Of a DNA stretch of 64,000 nt, positions 35,521 to 49,689 are shown piece after piece (position 1 is the stretch's first letter; every line of letters starts with the position of its first letter). Under the pieces are notes generated by a model. It saw only the letters and a program-made list of their open reading frames with translations, did not search any database and was not told the origin of the DNA. Origin of the DNA: Cetorhinus maximus. Lineage: Eukaryota. The position numbers were made by a program, and so were the translations under genes. The DNA lies in NCBI RefSeq assembly GCF_964194155.1, contig NC_135901.1, positions 28,272,001-28,336,000 on the forward strand, read 5' to 3'.

Positions 35521-37394
35521 CGCACAGATCCTGAGCAATAGAGGTCCAAGTCAGGATGGTGTGCCACTCGGAGGGGAATCTCAATTGGTGCTGTCCCCAT
35601 GTGTCTGTTGCTGTTCGAGATGGTAGAGATAGTGGGGTTGGAAGTTGATGTTCAAGGAGCCTTGATGAGTCAATGCAGTGCATTGCACACTGCAGCCACT
35701 GTACGTCACTGGTGGAGGGATTGAATATTGAAGGTGGCAGATGGGGTGCCATTAAAGTGGGCTGCATTGTCCTGGATGAAACAGACTCTCCAATTTGAAA
35801 AAGACTGGCTGATAAATCATAATTGTTTTAGGAAATGACTGGGGCCCGGTAAATTTAAATAGTTTCAGTCCATTTTCAAAACACCTGCTCTTCAAAGTCA
35901 TATTGGAACAAATCACGTGAGATGTTTGTAGTTGAATTGAATGTCTTGGCTCCTCACTCGGACACCTGACTGACAAGAGGCAGTAACTGGACAATAGCTG
36001 GAAGCAATGAGCTGAAATGTTCTTCTGTGAGTTAAACTGTTTTCCCTTTAACCCAGAATGGACAATGTCAGAGTTAAAGGCAATACCAGACTCAAATACA
36101 TTGAATTTACATCACAAAAACAGGCCATTCAGCCCACCCAATCCATGCCAGTGTTTATACTTCACTTGAGCCTCCTCTCATTCTTTCTCATCTCACTTTC
36201 AGTGAATCCTTCTGTTCATTTCTCCCCCATGTGTTTACCCAGCTTCCTCTTAAATGTATCTATGTTATTCACCTCCACCACTCCCTGTGGTGGCGAGTTC
36301 CACATTCTCACCACACTCTGGTAAAGAAGTTTCTCCTGAATTCCCGATTAGATTTAGACATCGCTGTCTTATGCTGGTGGCCTCTAGTTTTGCTCTTCCT
36401 CCTACAAGTGGAAACATTCTCTGTGTCTATCAAAACCTTTCAGAATTTTATAAACCTCCATTAGCCCTCAGCCTTGACTTTCCAATAGTGAAGTCACCCA
36501 GCCTATTCATCGTCTCCTGGTGCATTAAACCTTTCCGAGTGAAAATCTGAAGACAAATGTTTTGTTCACACCTGAACTCAGCACAGTGAGAGAGGAGGGA
36601 CAGAGTCACAAGAGAGCCTGAGAAGAGGAGAATCACTGAGATTGGCTGGGCTGGGCTGGGCTATGCTGTGATTGTTGATCAGACTGTTCATCATAGGGGT
36701 CTTGGAGTTAGGGGGCAGTGAGGGAGTTCAAGTGACAGCCTTCAATAAAGCAACAACCTGTATTTATACAGCACCTTTAATGAAACAAAATGTCCTGTTT
36801 CTGTGCTGTATTTTCAATGTAATTGAGCCCAGTATGGTCTTGAACTCTAACATAGTCCGTTGAGGGTTCAAGGTCAAGGTCCCAAGGAGCATTTTGAAAC
36901 AGAAGTTGACAAAAGCTGATAAAGTTGTCTATGTCATAGAACATCCCACTCCCTTTTTCTCATTCGTTTCTGGGATGCGGGTGGATCGTCCCAAATTGCC
37001 CTTCTTCAGAGGCCATGTAAGGGTCAACCGCATTGCTGTGGGTATGGAGTTACATATATGCCAAACTGGGTAAGGACATCAGATTTCCTTATGGAATCAG
37101 AAGGGTTTTTGCAAAAATCAGCAATGGTTTCACTGTCATCATGAAACCTTAAGCTCCAAATTTTGCCAGCTGCCATGGTGGCGAACTCGGTTCCCCAGAG
37201 AATCACCTAGGATCTCTGGAATACCAGCCCAGTGACAATGCCACTATCCCGTCGCCTCTCGAGCTATAAATCTCTGTGCCCCAGACATTCCATCCTCCCT
37301 ATTGGTTGTGACTAATTCATCCGACTATTCTCCACCAGCTTTTTCCCCAATTCTCCTCCCCTGAAGGTGCTGACTCTCGGGTTCAGTTTCACAC

Positions 37395-38220
37395 TCACCG
37401 ATTGCCCTCCCCAATATGTCACCCAGATATCTAAATCTTTACACCTGAAGTTAACAAACTGTTTTGCTAAGCGGGCGTCACAATCAAATCCAGTGACTAC
37501 ACACGTGTACTTGATGTCAGGGCGGGATCACTGCGCCCCCCAACCCCACTTTCCATCCCAGTCCCAGGAGTTTGGAGACTGGGCTCCGGATCAGTAATGG
37601 CGGCGGCAACTCCCACAATCCCCCGCGCCGGGGAAACCGCTCTATCCGCCGCGCGGGCGGGCGGCCCGGGACTACGCATGTCCGAGGGAGAGGGGAAGCT
37701 GCGCATGTGCGAGGAGTGACCACTTCCACTTCCGGTCATGCTGAGGGATTGACGAATAAGAAGAGTTGGAGGACCGGAAGGACTCTCGTCCTCCAGCCAA
37801 TCAGAGCGCGGGCTTTGTGTCAATGAAGATTGAGCTTCACACAGACTAAAACTTCCTCCTGTATCCAACATCTGTGAGTAAAACACTTTCTTTTTTCCTC
37901 CTTTCCATTTCTTTTCTCATTCTGGGGGGAAATTGTTGACTTGCAGGAACTGAAGGGAAAGGAAGTGAATCCAGGGAGGGTGCAGACTCTGGAAAGGTTG
38001 GCCCAGGTCTCTCTCTCTCTCTCTCTTAAAGACATTGACATCCTTTGCTCCCTCAGCTTGACACATTTATTTTTCTGGCTAAAAGGATGGTCTCTTTTCT
38101 AATGTTCACAATTAAAGGGGTGGTTTCCCCAGGAGATGGCTGACATTTAAGGGGACAATAAATTAATATAGGACGGAGATATGTCCAGTGTTATTATGTG
38201 GTGCATATTAGATATATTAT
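37395..38220 (+). promoter_or_regulatory. Z6 promoter (type B), exon 1 (donor 37874) and mini-exon 37947-37996
   Basis: CpG-rich with CCAAT, NRF1-like, ETS-like and ZNF143-like motifs, and GT-AG sites. Confidence 0.75.
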
Positions 38221-38384
38221 TTGTGGCTCTGTGAAAAAATACATTTATTATTATTTCTAGTCTTGTAACATAGTATTGTATCTACGTTATATATCTCCAG
38301 TTCTGGGATCATTATGGCACAGATGGAGTCCATTCGGAAACCTGAGTCCATGCCGACTCTCTGGAGTAATCCAGTCAGTCTGGT

Positions 38385-39105
38385 GAAACTTCTCTGAACT
38401 GCTTCCAATGCAAGTATATCCCTCCTTAAAGAAGGAGCCCACAACCGTACACAGTACTCTAGGTGTGGTCTCACCAATACCCTGTACAGATGCAATAAGA
38501 CGTCCCTACTTTTATACTCCATCCTCCTTGCGATAAAGGCTTACATTCCAATTGCCTTCCTCATTACTTGCTGTACCTGCAGACTGACCTTTTGTGATTC
38601 ATGTGCAAGGACACCCAGATCCCTCTGTACTGCAGCATTCTGCAGTCTCTCTCCATTTAAATAATATTCTGCTTTTCCATTCTTCCTGCCAAAGTGGACA
38701 ACCTCACATTTTCACACATTATACTCCATCTGCCAATTCTTTTTCCCCACGCTAAACCTATCACTATCCCTTTGTGGACTCTTTGTAAAGTCCTCACAAC
38801 TTGCTTCCCTACCTATTGTTGTAACATCAGCAAATTTGTCTGCAATACAGTCAGTTCCTTCATCCAAGTCATTAATATGGATTGTAAATAGTTGCAGCCT
38901 CAGTACTGATCCCTGCAGGACTATGGAGGCCCCAGGTTAAATATATTCAAGACAGAGATTGATAGGTTTTAGATCGTGAAGATATTAAGGGTTTTTGGGG
39001 ATAGTGCAGGAAAATGGCGCTGAGGCAGATCAGCCATAATCTCATTCAATGGTGGAGCAGGCTCAATGGGCCGAATAGCCTACTCCTGCTCATATTTCTT
39101 ATGAT
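38385..39105. mobile_element. CR1 fragments (minus 38385-38915, plus 38920-39105)
   Basis: MEYKSRDVLLHLYRVLVRPHLEYC plus a CR1 3'UTR. Confidence 0.8.
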
Positions 39106-39716
39106 TTCTTTGTCCTGGACAGGGAGTGGTGAGCGTGGATCTGTCGATCAGCATGAACCTTCAGGAGAATTGGGAGGGTGTATGTTAGGTACAGCAGAGT
39201 GCGAATGCTGAGAGAGAGTGTGTGTGTGATGGAAATTCACTTTAGTGGAATGAGAGGAAAGAATGTTCCATAGAAACTGGAATTGTCTGTTCTGAATTTC
39301 TATCCTGTGCTGACAGTGACGTCTGTTGTGAATTTCTTTTACAGGATACGAGAAGGGGAGGATTTGCAGACAGAAGTCTGAAATCAAAGGTTAAGATCTC
39401 ACAGAGTCACTCAATTTATTGGAACTTGAATATGATCAGCTTTTGAATGTGGAAGGAGAAATGTTTGTGTTCTGTCTGCTTCAAAATGTTCTAAACATCA
39501 GGGGGACTGGAAAAGGACCGAGACACACACACGCGAGTGAGAGTGTTTCCAGTGCACTGACTGTGGAAAGAGCTTTCACCAGTTACACAGCTTGAGAAAA
39601 CATTGCCATTAACAGCAGGGAGAGACATTATACATGTTCTGTGTGAGCACAAGGCTTCAACTGACCGTCAGACCTCGAGAGAGAGAGAGAGAGAGAGAGA
39701 CACAGAAACGCGCACC

Positions 39717-40472
39717 ATGGAGAAACCGTGGAGATGTGGGGACTGTGGGAAGGGATTCAAAACCCCATCGAAGCTGGAGACTCATCGACGCAGTCACACC
39801 GGAGAGAGACCATTCACCTGTTTTGAGTGTGGGAAGGGATTCGCTCAGTTACACCACTTGCAATCACACCACCAGGTTCACACTGGGGAGAGGCCATTTA
39901 CCTGCTCCTTGTGTGGGAAAGGATTCGCTCGCTTATACAACCTGCAGACGCACCAGCGAGTTCACACCAGGGAGAAGCCATTCACCTGCTTCTTGTGTGG
40001 GAAGGGATTCACTCAATCATCCAACCTGCAGACACACCAGCGAGTTCACACCAAGGAAAGACTGTTCACCTGCTCTGTGTGTGGGAAGGTATTCACTCGC
40101 TCATCCAACCTGCTGACACATCAGCGAGTCCACACTGAGAGGCCGTTCCCCTGCTCTGAGTGTGGGAAAGGATTCACCAAGTTATACAGACTGCAGGTGC
40201 ACCAGCGAGTTCACACAGGGGAGAAGCCATTCACCTGCTCTCAGTGTGGGAAGGGATTTGCTCAGTTACACCACCTGCAGTCACACCATCACGTTCACAC
40301 TGGGGAGAGGCCATTTACCTGCTCCGTGTGTGGGAAGGGATTCGCTCGTTTATACAACCTGCAGATACACCAGCGAGTTCACACCGGAGAGAAGCCGTTC
40401 ACCTGCTCTGTGTGTGGGAAGGGATTCACTCAGTCATCCAACCGGCAGACACACCAGCGAGTTCACAAGTGA
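39717..40472 (+). CDS. C2H2 zinc-finger protein Z6, 9 fingers
   Basis: Intact [10 protein letters not shown]...HQRVHK*. Last-exon acceptor at 39344. Confidence 0.9.
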   Translation: MEKPWRCGDCGKGFKTPSKLETHRRSHTGERPFTCFECGKGFAQLHHLQSHHQVHTGERPFTCSLCGKGFARLYNLQTHQRVHTREKPFTCFLCGKGFTQSSNLQTHQRVHTKERLFTCSVCGKVFTRSSNLLTHQRVHTERPFPCSECGKGFTKLYRLQVHQRVHTGEKPFTCSQCGKGFAQLHHLQSHHHVHTGERPFTCSVCGKGFARLYNLQIHQRVHTGEKPFTCSVCGKGFTQSSNRQTHQRVHK

Positions 40473-40879
40473 TTGCAGGGTTTGGATTCTGTTTTTGCTG
40501 CTGTTAATCACATCCAGGAATGAACCATGTTCATTCTGACAGTTGGTAAATTGGGAGGGTCAGAGGGTTTCTTTCTGCTGGACTGACCAGTCCCACGACT
40601 TTGTCCCCGGTGGCTGATGCTCTTTGAGCCTTGTTACCAGTACCTAGTTTCATATTTCACAAAGATCACAGGATGAATCGGTGTTTGGAATATAAAAGAT
40701 ACTTAGTTTGCATTTCTGTTTGGAACCCCGCAAAGCATGCCATGTTGCCATGGAGATGGGCTGTGCTGGTTAGATGGTTCTTTTGTATCCTTTATCTGGG
40801 TGTTTCTCACATAAGAAAATTATCATAGTTTGAGGGTCAAGTTGGCTGTGGTAAATTGGGAAACTACATGAAAAGTTAT

Positions 40880-43565
40880 GACGGTAGACAGGCAATAGCT
40901 AGCATTGAAGGAATTATTACATAGTTACAGCAAATATAAATCCCTTTAAGAAACAAAAACCCAACAGGAAAAGTGATGCAACTGTGGCCAAGAAGAGAAG
41001 TTGAAAATTGAATTAGGTCATTATAAGTAGTAAGCCTGAGGATTGGAGCTTTTTTAGAATTCAGCAAATGAGGACCAAGAAACTGATAAAGCAAGAGAAA
41101 ATCAAACATGAGAGCAAACTGGCAAGAAACATAAAAAGCAAGTGTAAAAGCTTCTATAGGTATGTGAAAAGGAAAAGATTAGCAAAGAGAAACGTGGGTC
41201 CATTCCAGGCAGAGACAGGAGAATTTATAATGGGGAATAAGGAATTGACAGAAAAACTAAACAATGTATGTCTGTCTTCACAGAGGAAGATACAGAAATC
41301 ATCCCAAAAATACGAGAGAATCAAGGGACTCGTGAGCATGAGGAAATGATAGAGATTAGTATTGGTAAAAAAGTAGTACTGGAGAAATGAATGGGGTTGA
41401 AAGTTTATAAATCCCCTGGACCTGATGATCTACATCCCAGAGTGTTAAAGGAGGTGGCTGTAGAGATAGTGGATGCATTGGTGATCATCCACCAAAATTC
41501 TATAGATTCTGGAATGGTTCCTGCAGATTGGAAGGTGGCAAATGTCACCCACTATTTAAGGAGGGAGAGAGAAAACGGGGAACTACAGACCTGTTAGCCT
41601 GACATCAGTAGTAGGGAAAATGCTCAAATCCATTATAAAGGATGTGATAACATAGGAACATAAGAATTAGGAGCGGGAGTAGGCCACTCGACCCCTCGAC
41701 CCTGCTTCATATTCCATAAGTTCCTGACTGGTCTGATTGTAACCTCAGCTCCACATTCCTGCCTATCCCTGATAACCTTTTACTTCTTGCTTATCAAGAA
41801 TCTACCTAGCTCCTGCCTTAAAATATTCAAAGTCTCTGCTTCTCCCGCTGTTTGAGGAAGAGAGTTCCAAAGACTCTCTACCTTTTGAGAGAAAAATGTT
41901 CTCCTCTGTCTTAAAGAGGCGACCCGTTACTTTTAAACCGTGACCCCAATTTCCAGATTCTCCCACAAGAGGAAACATCCTCTCCACATCCACCCTGTTG
42001 AGGCCCCTCAGGATCTTATATGTTTCAATCAAGTTGCCTCTTACTCTTCTAAACTCCAGCAGATACAAGCCCAGCCTGTCCAACCTTTCCTCATAAGACA
42101 ACTCTCCCATTCCAGGTATTAGTCTCATAAACCTGCTCTGAACTGCTTCCAATACATTTACATCCTTCCTTAAATAAGGAGACCAATACTGTACACCGTA
42201 TTCCAGATATGGTCTCACCAATGCCCTGTATAACTGAAGCATAACCTTCCTACTTCTAATGATAACCGTCTGTTAGCTTTCCTAAAGACTTGGTGTACTT
42301 GAATAATTAGCTTTTTCAATTCTTGCACACGGACACCCAGATCCCTCTGCATCTCAGAACTCTGCAATCTCTCACTGTGTGCTTATTTTTTATTCTTCCT
42401 GCCAAAGTGGATATGCTCCATTTGCCTGATCTTTCCCCACTCATTTAACCTGTCAATATCCCTTTGTAGCCTCCTTATGTCCTCTTCACAACTTACTTTA
42501 CTACTTATCTTAGTGTCATCTGCAAATTTAGCAACCATACCTTCAGTCCCTTCGTCCAAGTCATTTATATAAATCGTAAAAAATTGAGGCCCCAGCACTG
42601 ATCCCTGTCGCACATTTTGCCAAATAGAAAATGGCCCATTTATGCCTACCATGTTTCCTGTTAGCTGACCAATCTTCTATCCATGCCAATATCTTACCTC
42701 GTACAGCATAAGCTCTTGTTTCCTGCAATAACCCTTGATGCGGCGCCTTATCAAATGCCTTCTGGAAATCCCTATTTCCCAATCCCCATTTCACTTTAAG
42801 TTAGATGCTATCATTAACTTTTATAGTTAACCACAGATGGTGGGTCCTCCCCTTGGAATTTTTCTTTCTTGTTGGAATGTATCTATTCTGTATATCCTGA
42901 AATATCCCCTTAAATGTCTGCCACTCCATCTCAACTTACGCATCCCATAACCTAATTTGTCAGTTCACTTTAGTTAGCTCTGCTTTCATGCCCTCATAAT
43001 TGCCCTTCTTTAAGTTTAAAATGCTAGTCTTGGACCCACTCTTCTCTCCGTCAAATTGAAGATAACATTTAATCATATTGTGATTGCTGCTACCTAGGGG
43101 CGCCTTCACTATGTCGTCATTAATTAATCTTATCTCATTGCACAATATCAGGTTTAATCTCGCCTGCTCTCTGGCTCCAGAACGTGCTGTTCTAAGAAAC
43201 TATCCCAAAAATGTTCAGTGAATTCCCCATTTAGGCTACCTTGGCCCATCTGATTTTTTCAGTGTATATGTAGATTTAAATCCCCTATATTTATCACTGT
43301 AACTTCTGACAAGCTCCCATTATTTCTTCTTTTATACTCCATCCTACCATGTGGTTACTGCTAGGGGGCCTGTACACCACTCCCACAAGTGACTTCTTGC
43401 CTTTATCATTTCCCATCTCTACCCAAACTGCTTCTACATCCTGGTTTCCTGAACTTAGGCCATCCCTCTCTATTGCGGTAATGCCATCATTAATTAACAG
43501 TGCCATCCCTTTACCTTTTCCAAGCTTCCTGTCCCTACTTAATGTCATGCATCCTTCAATATCAG
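40880..43565. mobile_element. Nested degenerate CR1 fragments (+40880-41650; -41655-42780; -42790-43565)
   Basis: KSPGPDDLHPRVLKE, FADDTK, RPYLEY and EN motif GVVYRPP. Confidence 0.8.
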
Positions 43566-44559
43566 TTAGTCTGTTAGTCTCCAAAGTCCAGGGAGGTATT
43601 GAAAATGTCAGATTTTGTGAATGGCTATACTTTAATTGTCTATTTAATTTCCAGATAGAATGATGTTGGGAGTCTGAAAGATAACTAAGTGGCATTTCTA
43701 CCTGGATACAAGGCCCATGTGATTCACATTGCCATGGAGATGGGCTTTGATTGGGGAAGGATGCATGGGAAGCCATTGTAAGATCGAGTTGTAAAGTTCT
43801 TCTAAAAGGCTTCTCTGAATTTCACAGACAGATCAGTCTGCCAGGATCCAAGAGCGAGAGATGATAGAGGCGGCAAGTCTCTGTTTGAACACACGCGAAT
43901 GTGGATGGGACCTTGTGCTCAGATTGAAAAGACCAAATTCATGAGGATTTAAAATGAGACTGGAAGATTCGCCTTGCTTGAGTTAGAGGGAGAACCCAGG
44001 AGAACCTTCACTGTGAAAGACAGTTCTGGGGTTTAAGGTTGCCAGACTGGGAAAGGAAAAGAATGGAAGTAAACCCTCAGGAGCAAAGAATCACTTTGGA
44101 CAGGTTCCAGGACAATTGAGTGTCTACTTCAGGAACAGAGTAAAGTTTAACCATGGAGTGGGATTTTTGATTATGTTAAAATTAAAAGAGCAAAGTTCTG
44201 TTTCTGTTTGATGGTTTAAGGTATACGTTGCCCACAAAAATGGTGTTTAGCCAATGTTGCTTCTAGTTTGTTTGTTGCAGTAAAAGTCATAAAACTTGAC
44301 ATCTTGTTTTGTGACCCTTTTAATTTGTTCACTGGCAATTTGAATTTCTTTTTACAATTTACCGGTCTTTACAGAGATCTTAATATTTGGTTTAGAGCCA
44401 CAAGTTTCAACTTCCCATTTGAGCCTCCAGCACCTTTCTGTCTCTTTATTTCTCGTGTCAATGACAGCCAGGCATCGGAGCTGAGGGCTGAATTTAGCTG
44501 AGAATAACGGGGCCTGCAACCCAGTTGGTAAACTGCCATGGGCGTCGCATTAATAGAGA

Positions 44560-45725
44560 CAGGAAGTGTGGATAAAAGGGAACCTGTAGATATGGTTTAC
44601 TTAGATTTACAGAAGGCATTTCACAAGGTGCCACAGCAAAGGTTACTACACAAAATAAGAGCTCGTGGTGGAGGGATTAACATATCAACATGGGTAGAGG
44701 ATTGGTTAGCGAACAAGAAACAGAGAGTAGGCATAAATGGGTCATTTTTGTGTTGGTAAGATATGACAAGTGGAGTGCCACAGGAGATCAGTGCCGTTTA
44801 CAATCTATATCGATGACTTGGATGACAGGATCGAATGTGGGTGGTTAAATTTGCTGATGACACAGATAGATAGGAAAGTAATTTGTGAAGCGGGCACAAG
44901 GAGTCTGCAAAGGGATATAGAAGGTTCAGTGAGGGGGCAAAAATTTGGCAGATGGACTATTATGTGGGAAAATGTGAACTTGTCCACTTTGGCAGGAACA
45001 ATAAAAAACACATTAAAATGGAGAGGGATTGCAGAACTCTGAGGTACAGAGGGACCTGGATGTCCTGGTACATGAATCACAAAGTTAGTATTCAGGGACA
45101 GCAAGTGATTAGGAAGGCAAATGGCATTTTGGTGTTTATTACGAGGGGAATGAAACGTAAAAGTAGGGATGTTTTCCTGCAGTTGTACAGGGCCTTGGTG
45201 AGATCACATTTAGAGTATTGTGCACGATTTTGGTCTCCTTATTTAAGAAATGACGTAATTGCATTCGAAGCAGTTCAGAGAAGGTTCACTCGCTTGGTTC
45301 CTGGAATGAGGGGGTTATCCTCTGAGGAAAGGTTGGACAGGTTAGGCCTGTATCCATTGGAGTTCAGAATAATGAGAGATGATCTTATTGCAACTTATAA
45401 GATCCTGAGAGGGCTTGACAGGGTGGATGTAGAAAGGATCTTTCCCCTTGTGGGTGAGACTAGAATTGGGGACACAGTTTAAAAATAAGGGTCTCCCATT
45501 TAAGACAGAGATTAGGAGAATTTTTTTCTCTGAGGGTTGCCAGTCTATGGAACTGTCTTCCCCAGAGAGCAGTGGTGGCAGGGTCATTGAATATTTTTAA
45601 GGCTCAGTTTTGATTGATAGCTCCTTGATTGACAAGGGAATGAAAGGGTATGAGGCGTAGGAAGGAAAGTGGAGTTGAGACCAGATCAGATCAGCCATGA
45701 ACTTATTGAATGCTGGAGGGGCCGA
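44560..45725 (+). mobile_element. CR1 LINE 3' fragment
   Basis: YLDLQKAFHKVP...RSHLEYCARFWSP plus 3'UTR. Confidence 0.85.
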
Positions 45726-45789
45726 ATTTTTTTTTTGAAAATTATACTTTATTCATAAAATACCTGAAAGAACATTACAAACATTTCTA

Positions 45790-48700
45790 AATCTACCCGA
45801 GCCACATGAAAATTGGCATAGGGACACGAGAATAAGGGCAGTAAACATGTGGCTAAAGGAGTGGTGCGGGAAAGAGGGGTTCCATTTCGTGCGGCACTGG
45901 CATCAGTATTGGAACAGGAGGGGTCTGTACCATTGGGATGGTCTCCACCTGAACCGATCTGGGACCAATGTTCTAGCGAAAAGGGTAAATAGGGTGGTCA
46001 TCAGCACTTTAAACTAGAGAGTGGGGGGGAAGGGAAGGGTAAAACTCCAAGAAGTATGACTAATGGGAAACAAAGCAGCAGGTTAGCGTGTGGAGGGGGG
46101 TGGATTTAACTTCATGGAAAATTATGAAAAAAACTGAAAAGAAAGGAGAGCCCAGGAGAGGCTATTGAAGTCTCCAGAACACAAAATAGGACACAGTGTT
46201 TGGAAAGGGCTAGGAATCTAACTTCAAGCACATCAGGTAAAGGGATGACAATGAGAAAGGGGACGGGAAATACAGGACTGCAGGTGTTGTATCTGAATGC
46301 ACGCAGTATACGAAATAAGGTAAATGAGCTTGTGGTGCAGATTGAAATTGGCAGGTATGATGTGGTGGGCATCGCGGAGACATGGCTGCAAGGGGATCAG
46401 GACTGGGAGCTAAATATCCAAGGATATACATCATATCGAAAAGATAGGCAGGTTGGCAGAGGGGGTGGGGTTGCTTTGTTAGTCAGAAATGAAATTAAAT
46501 CGATAGCAAGAAACGACGTAGGGTCAGATGATGTAGAATCTGTGTGGGTAGAATTGAGGAACCGCAAAGGTAATAAGACCATAATGGGAGTTATGTACAG
46601 GCCTCCGAACAGTAGTCAGGATGTGGGGCACAAGATACACTAGGAGATAGAAAAGGTGTGTAAGAAAGGCAAGGTTACTGTGATCATGGGGGATTTCAAT
46701 ATGCAGGTAGACTGGGAAAATCAGGTTGGTAGTGGATCCCAAGAAAAGGAATTTGTGGAATGTCTACAAGATGGCTTTTTGGAGCAGCTTGTGGTGCAGC
46801 CCACTAGGGAACAAGCAATTCTAGATTTAGTGATGTGTAATGAGGCAGATTTGATAAGGGAGCTTAAGGTGAAGGAACCCTTAGGAGAAAGTGTCCATAA
46901 TATGATAGAATTTACCCTGCAATTTGAGAGGAAAAAGCTGGAATCAGATGTAACGGTACTACTGTTGAATAAAGGCAATTACAGAGGCATGAGGGAGGAG
47001 CTGGCCAGAATTGACTGGGAGATCAGCCTAGCAGGAAAGACAATGGAACAGCAATGGCAGGAGTTTCTGGAAGTAATTTGGGAGATACAGCAAAACTTCA
47101 TCCCTAGGAAGAAGAAGCATACTAAAGGGAGAACGAGACAACCATGGCTGACAAGGGAAGTCAGGGACAGCATAAAAGCTAAAGAGAAAGCATACAATGC
47201 GGCAAAGAGCAGTGGGAAACCAGGGGTTTGGGAAGCCTACAAAGACCAACAGAGGACAACTAAAAATGAAATAAGGAGGGAGAAGATTAAATATGAGGGT
47301 AAACTAGCCAGTAATATAAAAGAAGATTGCAAGAGTTTTTTAAGATATATAAGGGTAAGAGAGAGGCAAAAGTGGACATTGGGCTGCTGGAAAATGACGC
47401 TGGAGAAGTAGTAGTGGGGAACAAAGAAATGGCAGAGGAACTGAATAGGTACTTTGCATCAGTCTTCACAGTGGAAGACACGAGTAACATCCCCAAAGTT
47501 CAAGAGAGTCGGGGGGCAGAGGTGTGTATGGTGGCCATTACCAAGGAGATGGTGCTAGGAAAACTGAAAGGTCTAAAGGTGGATAAATCACCCGGACCAG
47601 ATGGATTACACCACAGAGTTCTGAAGGAGATAGCTGAATAGATAGTGGAGGCGTTAGTGGTGATCTTTCAGGAATCACTGGAGTCAGGGAGGGTCCCAGA
47701 GGACTGGAAAATCGCTAATGTAACCCCCCTGTTTAAGAAGGGAGTGAGGCAAAAGATGGGAAATTACAGGCCGATTAGCCTGACCTCGGTTGTTGGTAAG
47801 ATTTTAGAGTCCATTATTAAGGATGAGATTTCAGAATACTTGGAAGTGCATGGTAAAATAAGTCAGCATGGTTTCATCTGACAAATTTGTTAGAATTCTT
47901 TGAGAAGGTAATGAGTAGGTTAGACAAAGGAGAGCCAATGGATGTTACCTACTTGGACTTCCAGGAGGCCTTTGACAAGGTGCCGCACAGGAGGCTGCTC
48001 AGTAAGATAAGAGCCCATGGTGTTAGAGGCAAGGTATTAGCATGGATAGAAGATTGGCTGTCTGGCAGGAGGCAGAGAGTGGGGATAAGGGGGTCCTTCT
48101 CAGGATGGCGGCCGGTGACTAGTGGAGTTCCGCAGGGGTCAGTGTTGGGACCACAACTTTTCACTTTATACATGAATGATCTAGATGAAGGAATTGAGGG
48201 CATTCTGGCTAAGTTTGCAGATGATACAAAGATAGGTGGAGGGACAGGTAGTATTGAGGAGGCGGGGATGCTGCAGAAGGATTTGGACAGGTTTGGAGAA
48301 TGGGCAAAGAACTGGCAGATGGAATACAACATGGGGAATTGTGAGGTCATGTACTTTGGTGGGAAGAATAGAGGCATAGACTATTTTCCAAATGGGGAGA
48401 GAATTCAGAAATCTGATATGCAAAGGGACTTGGGAGTCCTGGTCCAGGATTCTTTTAAGGTTAACTTGCAGGTTGAGTCGGTAGTTAGGAAGGCAAATGC
48501 AATGTTGGCATTTATTTCGAGAGGACTAGAATATAAAAGCAGGGATGTGCTGCTGAGGCTTTATAAGGCTCTGGTCAGATCACATTTAGAATATTGTGAG
48601 CAATTTTGGGCCCCGTATCTCAGGAAGGATGTGCTGGCCCTGGAGAGGGTCCAGAGGAGGTTCACGAGAACGATCCCAGGAATGAAAGGCTTAACATATG

Positions 48701-49136
48701 AGGAATGTTTGAGGACTCTGGGTCTATACTCGATGGAGATTAGAAGGATGAGGGGGGATCTGATTGAAATTTACAGAATACTGAAAGGCCTGGATAGAGT
48801 GGACGTGGGGAAGATGTTTCCATTAGTAGGAGAGACTAAGACCCGAGGGCACAGCCTCAGAGTAAAGGGAAGACCTTTTAGAACAGAGATGAGGAGAAAC
48901 TTCCTTAGCCAGAGAGTGGTGAATCTATGGAATTCATTGTCACAGAAGGCTGTGGAGGCCAGGTCATTGAGTGTATTTAAGACTGAGATAGATAGGTTCT
49001 TGATTGGTAAGGGGATCAAAGGTTATGGGGAGAAGGCGGGAGAATGGGGTTGAGAAACTTATCAGCCATGATTGAATGGCGGAGCAGACTCGATGGGCCG
49101 AATGGCCTAATTTCTGCTCCTATGTCTTATGGTCTA
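45790..49136 (+). mobile_element. Young near-full CR1 LINE: ORF1 esterase tail + ORF2 (APE-RT) with few lesions
   Basis: ORF1 W..DGLHLN..G motif. YLNARS, ETW, YRPP, GDFN, GVPQGSVLGP, FADD. tcttatgg tail. Confidence 0.95.
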
Positions 49137-49144
49137 ACCCAAGG

Positions 49145-49450
49145 GTCCCATTTGCCCTCTTAGGTGGATGTACAATACTGAATGGTCATAATTGGAAGGA
49201 GAGCAGGAGTGGGAGTAGTTCACCCCCACCCCCAGTGCCCTGGGGCCTGATATTTATCCCTCAAACAATATCGGGAAAAATAGATGATCTGGTCATCATC
49301 ACATTGCTGTCTGTGGGATCTTGCTGTGCACAAATTGGGTTCCACGTTTCCTGCAGTGACAACACTTCAGAAAGAGCTTCAGTGGCAGTGAAACACATTG
49401 AGATTCCCTAAAGTGGTGAAAGGCGCTACATAAATGCAGGTTTCTTTTTA
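49145..49450 (+). mobile_element. Deu-SINE 3' part
   Basis: Inverted homologue of 29255-29540. Confidence 0.7.
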
Positions 49451-49689
49451 AACTCCTATCCTCACAGGCAGATCGTCCAGCAGGAGCATGAGCCAGCATG
49501 AGCCAGCTGACTGCGGGGCAGGAACTCCCAGTGTGGACCAAGGCTGCTTCCCTTCAGAGGCCACTGAATCCATAGTGGGAAGTGGCCATTTAAAGAGGAA
49601 GCCTTGACTTGCTGGTCTGAGAATCCAGCCCTTTTCCCCCTGTGTAATGCTGGCTGAGAATAGACATCGGGGCTGCTCAATGTACTGAA

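Noticed and set aside
38020-38150. H/ACA snoRNA in the conserved intron (ACAUUU motifs)
   Set aside because: No properly placed ANANNA box or convincing two-hairpin fold by eye.
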